Sequence record: PQ850605.1
Strand: one strand, 5' to 3'
DNA: 64,000 nucleotides
Source: Escherichia phage HansTraber_Bas100
The notes under the pieces were generated by a model. The model saw only the letters and a program-made list of their open reading frames with translations, searched no databases and was not told where the DNA came from. This document shows positions 58,022 through 64,000 of the stretch, in pieces (within the stretch, counting starts at the first letter, position 1; the number at the start of each line of letters is the position of its first letter). Made by a program: the position numbers and the translations under genes.

Positions 58022-58554
58022 TGGGTAACGATGCAGGATGGGGCAAGCCGCGATACTCAAAACTTGCCCACTACTTTGACGACGGCGAGCAAATCAGCTT
58101 GTGCGGTAAATTCAGCAAAGGCAATACAGAGTTGACCGATGCTCAAGAAATGGAATCAAGTTTGACAATTGGTGATTGCTCTAAGTGCAGAAAGGCATTA
58201 TATGAGTTATTAACTCTAAGGGGATTGAAAGCGGCAAAATCAAGGGATGAATGGGTCATTAACGTCTGTGAAGGGAATCCAGAATTAATGGATGAATTGC
58301 TGAAAACAGATGCCGTAAATGCAATTTTCAAAAGGCATTATAAAACTTGTATGCGTTACAAGATGAATGATGATATTATTTTTATGGTATTATCTTATTC
58401 AAGGAGCACAATGGACGTCAAAAAGCTTCGACAATATCGCCACAAGGTCATGTGTGAATTGCGCCGTTTAGGAGTTATTGTGGATAATAATGTCATTAAA
58501 ACGGAATTGAAGAAGCGTGATAAAAGGAATGGTGACTGGAAGGTCAGCGGATAA
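58021..58554 (+). CDS. hypothetical Cys-containing protein (177 aa)
   Basis: ATG 58021 with AGGAGG RBS; last gene of rightward block. Confidence 0.5.
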   Translation: MGNDAGWGKPRYSKLAHYFDDGEQISLCGKFSKGNTELTDAQEMESSLTIGDCSKCRKALYELLTLRGLKAAKSRDEWVINVCEGNPELMDELLKTDAVNAIFKRHYKTCMRYKMNDDIIFMVLSYSRSTMDVKKLRQYRHKVMCELRRLGVIVDNNVIKTELKKRDKRNGDWKVSG

Positions 58555-58842
58555 ATAAACACTGTTTACGTGTTTTGAAGAATGGAATGTGTGCAATTGG
58601 TCGCTTTATGCGGCCTTTTGTCGTTTGGGTCGTGTTTTGCGATGGAATGATTATGAGGTTGTGTTTTATTTATTGATTGTGCGGAAATATTTAGAAATAT
58701 ATATAAACAGGATTGTTAATATTTTAATAGTGTATGGCTATTGGTCCGTGGTGTTTGTTAGATTATATCTATGGATTGAAATTTTAGTGTCGTGAAACGT
58801 GGTTTTGAACACATTTGATACGCCTAAAATACGGTTAAAAAT

Positions 58843-59175
58843 TAAGCGTATCATGGCTGCAGGCCGCGCCGTTGCTGGATTCCTATTTTCAAAAGTGGTA
58901 CACCCTTACGTCATGATACGTCATGGTTTTCTATCCGTAAGAGTGTACAGCCCTTGCCGCGCCTGGCTTGTACATTAATCTTACGGATGATACGGATAAA
59001 ACTGAGCATCGTTATATATAGAATTCGAAAAATTAATTAACTCCATTTTAAAAACATTTATATTAATTTTTTTCATATCCTCATACTTATGTTAATTTAT
59101 ATATTTAACGTATCATCCGTAAGATATAAGTAAAAACAAAGACTTGCGGCAATACGGATGATACGTCATGATACG
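58843..59175. repeat. iteron-like inverted repeats flanking an AT-rich core (element R2, homologous to R1)
   Basis: ATCTTACGGATGATACGGAT (about 58978-58997) and reverse-complement ACGTATCATCCGTAAGAT (about 59108-59125), outer copies, core with TATATATAGAATTC. Confidence 0.65.
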
Positions 59176-59403
59176 CTTCAACCAGCCAGCAGCGGCTAAG
59201 TCATTGATTTGCATAACAAGCGGCGAAAGGGATGGATTTCTTTTATACGTATCAAACAGTACACCACGCACCACGGTCCGCTATTCATTCAGCACTATGA
59301 TTTATGTACTTTTACAGCCAATCTGAACATCAATCTGCACTTGAATATAATGTTCATTCATTGTATAATTCACACTATTAATTTGCACTATGGGATTTGC
59401 ACT

Positions 59404-59877
59404 ATGAGTCAAGATTATGTAGCAATGCCTGAAGACTTTGAAGACCCGCGATTTGCAGAGCATAATCAGGCATTATTCGATGAGTTCATTGACCTTGTTA
59501 TTCAGGGCCATGACATGCGCGCAGCTTTTGCACTAGTATTTGGCATGGAGGTTGCGACCGATAACTACACTGGCCAGCGAATCCTCTGCACGCAACGCAA
59601 TCCGTACTACAAGATGCGCTACAAAAAGCGTATGGAAGAGATGCCATTGAAGGAATTGTGGAGCGTAAAGAGTTCCATCCACAATTTAGTGAAGCTTGTG
59701 CGTGATCCAGAAGTCGCGGCGTCAGCCAAGCTTAATGCCATTCGTGAACTGAATATCATCTACGGCATCACGATGATTGATGAAAATGGCAATAGTAAAA
59801 TGGGCCGTTCCATGGACGATTTCTACAAGGATTTTGGAGAGGCAGCCAAAGAGGGTGAGCAATTCTCCCGCCACTAG
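59404..59877 (+). CDS. terminase small subunit-like DNA-binding protein (tentative)
   Basis: FDEFIDLVIQGHDMRAAFALVFG resembles HTH region of small terminases; weak RBS; ATG overlaps a copy of the 11-mer. Confidence 0.4.
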   Translation: MSQDYVAMPEDFEDPRFAEHNQALFDEFIDLVIQGHDMRAAFALVFGMEVATDNYTGQRILCTQRNPYYKMRYKKRMEEMPLKELWSVKSSIHNLVKLVRDPEVAASAKLNAIRELNIIYGITMIDENGNSKMGRSMDDFYKDFGEAAKEGEQFSRH

Positions 59878-59894
59878 CCAATTTGCACTATAAA

Positions 59895-59932
59895 ATGGCC
59901 CTAGAACACATTTTCTCCACTTCTAGGGCCAT
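59895..59932 (+). promoter_or_regulatory. perfect 12-bp-stem hairpin after terS-like gene
   Basis: ATGGCCCTAGAA - 14-nt loop - TTCTAGGGCCAT; no U-tract. Confidence 0.45.
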
Positions 59933-60305
59933 CGGTAATACGACGGGGAAGGTTACAACCATAAACGCGTTAGAAAGTGTATTATTATAAGTCATCTTTT
60001 AGTCACTTTACGTAACAATTTACGACCTTCCGCCGTCCAGTCGAACGACTCCACCAGCAGATTTGCACTATAACCTAAGACGATGCGTCCCTTCTCGTTA
60101 TCGACCCGCCAACAAGTCTCGAATAGCATTCGATTTGCACTATTAACTATCGCCGCGACGCGCGTTGGGTAAGCGCAATTTGCACTATGGTCATAAAGGG
60201 ATAAGGTGCGACCGCTTCCGATGGACAACGTAGCGATAAGAATAAGCGTATTCATAAGCCACCAATTTGCACTATGAAAAGCGACCCCGAAGGGCCGCCA
60301 TTCGA

Positions 60306-60932
60306 TTAGATAATCTGGAATGTGTAGGACTTGTTGCCGAACTCGAAGTTCAAGCGTCCAGCTTCCTTAAGCTTCATGCGGAAGCGAATGTGCTTGCTAT
60401 CCGGTAATCCCAGCGCGGCGAACGCTACGCGGACCGATTTGAACTCGCCTACACCCTCGACCATGACACCGTTACGGGTGAGACGCTTTTGCGCCACTTC
60501 CTTATTATCCCAGCTTTTTGCAATACCTTCGCTATTCGAACGGCGATGGGAAGGAGTTCCATTTTGCACTACGCAATTTGCACTATCGTTTAAACCGCTC
60601 TTAACGAAGGCTTCATACTCTTCGTCGGTCATCGCGTCGAGTTCTTCCTGGGTCGGCTCGGCCTTTTTAACGACCGCACGCGCCTTATGCGTTTTTACAT
60701 CGCTGGGCACTTCCTCGCGCGACTTCGCGTCTGGGATGGGCGACTCGTTGGACGGCTCATCGAGCGCGTTTAAGGACTCGATTAACGCTATTACGCGAGT
60801 CTCGGCGGTCCGGCGGTCCGCAAATTTTTTGATCGGCTTCGAACCGGAATTTGCATTGTAAAATGCAACGAGGTCGGCGGTCTTAGTTGCGATAACGTCG
60901 CCGCTAGTCGAGAAACGATTTAAGCTAACCAT
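60306..60932 (-). CDS. hypothetical protein (208 aa)
   Basis: AGGAG RBS; coding region contains tandem copies of the 11-mer (reverse strand) encoding SANCVVQN. Confidence 0.55.
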   Translation of the reverse strand: MVSLNRFSTSGDVIATKTADLVAFYNANSGSKPIKKFADRRTAETRVIALIESLNALDEPSNESPIPDAKSREEVPSDVKTHKARAVVKKAEPTQEELDAMTDEEYEAFVKSGLNDSANCVVQNGTPSHRRSNSEGIAKSWDNKEVAQKRLTRNGVMVEGVGEFKSVRVAFAALGLPDSKHIRFRMKLKEAGRLNFEFGNKSYTFQII

Positions 60933-61012
60933 AATGAACTCCTATTTGTTAGGGCGCTAGGCGCGAAAGAATTTTATTAAAGCGCCGCGCACGACGCTCT
61001 AAAAATCCTCTC

Positions 61013-61297
61013 TTACGCTTCGACGAGGGAGAAGGTCTCAAATTCTTCTTCGCCCATAACGAGTAAGATGTTACCGATTTCGACCGCTTCGAAGAAGTAT
61101 CCGTTAACGTTTACTTCGAAGGCTTCGCGGTCCGATTCCGGTAACGCCGCGTAAAGTTTAAAAGCCTCGGCGACCGTTACCCCACCCGCCTCGATAGTTT
61201 GGTCTACGTTCGCGGCGTAGACTTCGGATAAAATTTGTTTTACGCCGTAGTTCTCGACGATAGCGTTACGAATAGAAGAAACGTTAAGAATAGCCAT
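61013..61297 (-). CDS. small acidic protein, paralog A (94 aa)
   Basis: AGGAG RBS 6 nt upstream; promoter and leader homologous to those of paralog C in inverted orientation. Confidence 0.55.
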   Translation of the reverse strand: MAILNVSSIRNAIVENYGVKQILSEVYAANVDQTIEAGGVTVAEAFKLYAALPESDREAFEVNVNGYFFEAVEIGNILLVMGEEEFETFSLVEA

Positions 61298-61321
61298 TTT
61301 AAACTCCTAGTTGGGAGAGGC

Positions 61322-61342
61322 GTTAACGACCTATTCGTTAAC
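61322..61342 (-). promoter_or_regulatory. 5' leader hairpin of paralog A
   Basis: GTTAACGA-loop-TCGTTAAC; same position as hairpin in paralog C leader with two compensatory base-pair changes. Confidence 0.5.
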
Positions 61343-61365
61343 TCATCCCGTCCCGATATGAGTAC

Positions 61366-61393
61366 ATTATAATATAGTGTAGAAAAAAGTAAA
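61366..61393 (-). promoter_or_regulatory. promoter of paralog A (TTTACT-16 bp-TATAAT)
   Basis: hexamers on - strand; spacer contains CTACACT. Confidence 0.45.
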
Positions 61394-61437
61394 GCACTTT
61401 TTCGATAAAAATGAGATAAATTATTTTATCTTTTTTC

Positions 61438-61465
61438 TTTACTTCTTCGTACACTCGCGTATACT
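61438..61465 (+). promoter_or_regulatory. promoter of paralog B (TTTACT-16 bp-TATACT)
   Basis: conserved spacer TCTTCGTACACT shared with paralog C promoter. Confidence 0.45.
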
Positions 61466-61521
61466 TGTTTATATCGAGACGGGCGATGGCCCTTCCTTCT
61501 ACTAGCATCGGGAGTTTTATT

Positions 61522-61824
61522 ATGACTACTTTAATCTCTTCTATCCTTACTTACGACGAAGACCGTTTAACCGTTCGTTCTCTTATCGCCGCCGTTAACG
61601 CGGAACTAGAATCCACCATCATTAAGGTCCGCGCGGTCGCTTTCGTCGGGCTTTCCTTCGACGATATGAAATACGCCGAACGTAGCGCCATCCGCTTCGC
61701 GAAGACCGACGACGAAGCCGTTACCCTTATCGAGACGGTTACGCCTCACGGCGAAGCGTTAATTATCGTCGAGTATATCGACGTAGAAGGCGATAAAGCT
61801 TATAAACATTTTATCGCAAAATAA
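61522..61824 (+). CDS. small acidic protein, divergent paralog B (100 aa)
   Basis: ATG 61522 with GGGAG RBS; track start 61465 overlaps the -10 and is rejected. Confidence 0.5.
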   Translation: MTTLISSILTYDEDRLTVRSLIAAVNAELESTIIKVRAVAFVGLSFDDMKYAERSAIRFAKTDDEAVTLIETVTPHGEALIIVEYIDVEGDKAYKHFIAK

Positions 61825-61834
61825 CGAAAAGTGC

Positions 61835-61863
61835 TTTACTTCTTCGTACACTAAGACTATAAT
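61835..61863 (+). promoter_or_regulatory. promoter of paralog C (TTTACT-17 bp-TATAAT)
   Basis: hexamers plus conserved spacer TCTTCGTACACT. Confidence 0.5.
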
Positions 61864-61885
61864 GTTTTATATCGAGAGGGGATGA

Positions 61886-61906
61886 GGTAGCGAATAGGTC
61901 GCTACC
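61886..61906 (+). promoter_or_regulatory. 5' leader hairpin of paralog C
   Basis: GGTAGCGA-atagg-TCGCTACC perfect 8-bp stem about 25 nt upstream of ATG. Confidence 0.5.
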
Positions 61907-61930
61907 CGCCCGACCAACTAGGAGATTATT

Positions 61931-62221
61931 ATGATTACTTTAGCCGCTATCCGTTCCGCTCGCGTCGAGACTTCCGAAAACTCTAACGTATTTGGCGAGA
62001 CTTTAGAGAGCGTTTATCTCTCTAACGTCGACGCGACTATCGAGTCTATTTATGAGCCGATCAACTTCCTCGACCTTTACAAGTATCGCGACGAGGACAT
62101 CGTATCGTCCCGCGTAACGATCAACGGCTTCGTTTATACGATTACCGAAATCGGCGGCGAATATATCGCGGTCCCGCAACTCGGCGGCGAAGTAACTTAT
62201 TTTAAAATCGTCTCCTTATAA
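61931..62221 (+). CDS. small acidic protein, paralog C (96 aa)
   Basis: AGGAG RBS; shares IR.A.VE, VY..NVD.TIE and NG(F/Y)..EIG motifs with paralog A. Confidence 0.55.
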   Translation: MITLAAIRSARVETSENSNVFGETLESVYLSNVDATIESIYEPINFLDLYKYRDEDIVSSRVTINGFVYTITEIGGEYIAVPQLGGEVTYFKIVSL

Positions 62222-62241
62222 TACCCTTCCGTTACTAATAG

Positions 62242-62266
62242 GCCGCGCTTAGTCGCGGCTTTTCTT
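62242..62266 (+). terminator. intrinsic terminator after paralog C
   Basis: GCCGCG-cttagt-CGCGGC stem followed by TTTTCTT. Confidence 0.5.
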
Positions 62267-62385
62267 CGTCCCTATCTCGTTGCGCTCCTACGCGAAAACT
62301 CCTTTATCCTTCCCTTCGTCGTCGCATAATCTTCGTCGGTATGCGCCTTAGTTCGCATAACAGGTATTACGTTAAATGGAGAACA

Positions 62386-62459
62386 TCGCGTAAGTCCTTG
62401 TTTTATATAGACACCTATATCGGACCGTTAGGGCGGGTCGCGTAAGTCGTTGTTTTATA
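62386..62459 (+). repeat. two direct copies of a 22-bp repeat, 52-bp period
   Basis: TCGCGTAAGTCCTTGTTTTATA at 62386 and TCGCGTAAGTCGTTGTTTTATA at 62438. Confidence 0.6.
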
Positions 62460-62690
62460 AAGGCGCAAAACTTTCCCTTCGTTCCGAACTAAAACGAGAA
62501 ATATGCGGACCCTTCGCTCGAAAATAGTACGCATGCGAAATTACCGACATCTAGAATAATCCCCATCGATATTATCCTACGCGCAACCATTCGCTTTCGA
62601 ATTGTAACGCTGGAAACTGTAACGGCGATTGATTATTGCGTTCGTGTGGTTTTTAGGGCATGGGTCTTTTGGTGCGTTTTGCTACTTGAT

Positions 62691-62804
62691 GGAATTTGCA
62701 GTACACTAATCAAAATACGACACATTTGGTCCACTAACTTTTCAAAGAAAAAGTCCTAGACAGTACCGTACTATTTTGTATCCACAGGAAATTTGCAGTA
62801 CACT
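62691..62804 (+). repeat. two copies of GGAA(A)TTTGCAGTACACT
   Basis: copies at about 62691 and 62787; shares ATTTGCA and CACT with the 11-mer and GTACACT with island promoter spacers. Confidence 0.55.
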
Positions 62805-62876
62805 CCTGCGCGCGGCAGGCAAAATAAAGGGCCGCACTAAGCGACCCACGATTCACGGTTAAATCAACAACACCCA

Positions 62877-63257
62877 CTATTCACTCTTATGGGCATCACC
62901 AAATCCATCAGCAATCTGGCTGATCAACGACTCAATGGACACAGTTTTACCAATTGATCGAGCGGTTATGGCGAGCATATTATCAATCAAACCGTGATTA
63001 ACACAATACTCTGGAGATTTAGAATCATCTTCAGAACAACCAAAAAGCTGGTCGCGCAGACTTTCAAGAGAACGCTCAATATTTTCCAACTTCTCTTCTA
63101 AATCGGATTGGCGACGTAAAACCCATGTCAAGTCACGGTTGCCAACTTCCAATCCATCAGAATAGCAAGGTGGAGCGTCAATTTTGATGCTGGAACCAAA
63201 AGCAGTGCCGCTGCCTTTAGTATAAGTATGGCTCATAGAATCATTTTTATTTGACAT
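62877..63257 (-). CDS. hypothetical protein (126 aa)
   Basis: ATG 63257 with AAAGG RBS preferred over track TTG 63323, which would run through a terminator hairpin. Confidence 0.5.
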   Translation of the reverse strand: MSNKNDSMSHTYTKGSGTAFGSSIKIDAPPCYSDGLEVGNRDLTWVLRRQSDLEEKLENIERSLESLRDQLFGCSEDDSKSPEYCVNHGLIDNMLAITARSIGKTVSIESLISQIADGFGDAHKSE

Positions 63258-63290
63258 ATCATTACCTTTAATATTTGGGTGATTAACAAT

Positions 63291-63317
63291 AACTATAATA
63301 AAGCCGCATAGCGCGGC
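63291..63317 (-). terminator. candidate intrinsic terminator
   Basis: GCCGC-atagc-GCGGC stem followed on - strand by T-rich run. Confidence 0.4.
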
Positions 63318-63332
63318 ATTCAAATCGATTTA

Positions 63333-63581
63333 TTAATTGTGACGATTGGATTCATCAATCGATACCAATTGTGCAGGGTCGCCGGACACCGTTGCGTCGA
63401 TGATTCCCATTTGAGAGAAAAATTCTGAATAAACTTCTTTCCAGTACTTGCGCGCAGCTTTCTGGGCCTGCCCTTTGCGCTTGTAACTTTTTCCTTGAAA
63501 GATGAAGCGGTCGTTTGCTGCGTTATACTCCACCACACCTTCCAGCCATTGTAAGAATGCTGCTGATTCATTTTGATTCAT
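63333..63581 (-). CDS. hypothetical protein (82 aa)
   Basis: ORF in leftward mini-operon at window end. Confidence 0.5.
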   Translation of the reverse strand: MNQNESAAFLQWLEGVVEYNAANDRFIFQGKSYKRKGQAQKAARKYWKEVYSEFFSQMGIIDATVSGDPAQLVSIDESNRHN

Positions 63582-63588
63582 GTTAACC

Positions 63589-63984
63589 TCAATATTTTAA
63601 TAAGAAAGCACCCAACCAACTTTCCTCAATCTCGCGGCCAGTAGCCACACGGTCGGTCTTGGCTATGGGTCTGGATTCGCCGCAGGGCAATCCGTCCTGT
63701 AGTTGTGTACTATTGCCAATTCTCACCAGAATCTTTCCATCAGGGTCGATATAAGCGCGACAGCCCATGATTTCGAGCCGTTGTAGACACTGGCGAATCG
63801 TTTTCAGCTTCTCACCGGACCGGATAGAGCGCGGTCGCGACCGCTGACCATTCTTATTCACTGTACGCTTGAAGACCGGAATATCATTGGTGCGTTGCGG
63901 CTTCGGTCGGTAGTAGGCTTCTTCGCCAGGAGTCGCGCCTGGCGTCAGTTCGCGCTTAAGCGCCTTTTCAATATCAATGATCAT
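63589..63984 (-). CDS. hypothetical basic protein (131 aa)
   Basis: Arg/Lys-rich ORF; start near window end. Confidence 0.5.
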   Translation of the reverse strand: MIIDIEKALKRELTPGATPGEEAYYRPKPQRTNDIPVFKRTVNKNGQRSRPRSIRSGEKLKTIRQCLQRLEIMGCRAYIDPDGKILVRIGNSTQLQDGLPCGESRPIAKTDRVATGREIEESWLGAFLLKY

Positions 63985-64000
63985 AATTCATGCCGCAGCA

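Larger units (their letters stand above)
59381..60586 (+). repeat. cluster of eight exact same-orientation ATTTGCACTAT 11-mers
   Basis: copies start at about 59381, 59395, 59881, 60061, 60133, 60178, 60265, 60576, plus variant TTTTGCACTAC at 60562. Confidence 0.75.

Noticed and set aside
58589-58795. 68-aa ORF in the repeat-rich intergenic region
   Set aside because: Alternative-start ORF across AT-rich repeats with no RBS; translation is low-complexity hydrophobic; likely non-coding.
59381-60586. Possible CRISPR array formed by the ATTTGCACTAT repeats
   Set aside because: Repeat unit is only 11 bp and spacing is irregular (14 to 311 bp); two copies lie inside a coding sequence; no cas genes. 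Treated as a binding-site cluster instead.
60331-60861. 176-aa + strand ORF opposite the 208-aa gene
   Set aside because: Ser/Ala-rich low-complexity antisense translation; the - strand gene has a canonical AGGAG RBS.
62386-62459. Possible mini-CRISPR array from the two 22-bp direct repeats
   Set aside because: Only two copies, repeat shorter than typical CRISPR repeats, no leader or cas genes; reported as a plain direct repeat.
62222-62876. tRNA or tmRNA genes in the long non-coding stretches
   Set aside because: No GTTCGAATC-like T-arm or cloverleaf-compatible inverted repeats seen by eye; needs tRNAscan-SE to be sure.
59878-62876. Claiming the cassette is a foreign island on the basis of nucleotide composition
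   Set aside because: The region looks richer in TCG/ACG/GCG codons and TTA leucine codons, but a comparison with the capsid gene showed no clear CpG difference; without a k-mer or codon-usage calculation this is not supportable.
1-64000. Temperate lifestyle markers (integrase, repressor, attachment site)
   Set aside because: No tyrosine/serine recombinase motifs or CI-like repressor recognised anywhere in the window; the phage appears virulent, though the window may not cover the whole genome.

Overview
The window reads as a large contiguous piece (possibly most) of a virulent tailed dsDNA phage genome; RBS and sigma70-like promoters look proteobacterial. Four blocks: (i) 1-28.5 kb, + strand morphogenesis module (terminase large subunit, portal with C-terminal extension, MuF-like head morphogenesis protein, head-fibre-like protein, scaffold-like protein, major capsid, tail sheath, two paralogous tube genes, tape measure with lytic transglycosylase domain, baseplate genes, tail fibre with His-rich tip, GH19 endolysin). 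(ii) 28.5-46.1 kb, - strand DNA metabolism module (ATP-dependent ligase, MazG, an embedded spanin-like pair, SSB-like protein, SNF2 helicase, VRR-NUC-like nuclease, DnaE-type Pol III alpha, DnaQ-like exonuclease, and a cluster of VOC-like, SDR, HAD phosphatase, ThyX-like and FAD oxidoreductase genes, a K/A/E-repeat protein, Dda-like helicase). (iii) 46.2-58.6 kb, + strand block of about 30 mostly small overlapping genes including a primase-like protein and an SF3-type helicase. (iv) 58.6-64 kb, repeat-rich region with a terS-like gene, a cluster of eight same-strand ATTTGCACTAT 11-mers, and a cassette of three paralogous small acidic genes with near-identical promoter/leader units. No integrase, rRNA, tRNA or CRISPR array was recognised. 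All family calls are from motif recognition by eye; no database search was run. Coordinates of short motifs may be off by 1-2 nt.
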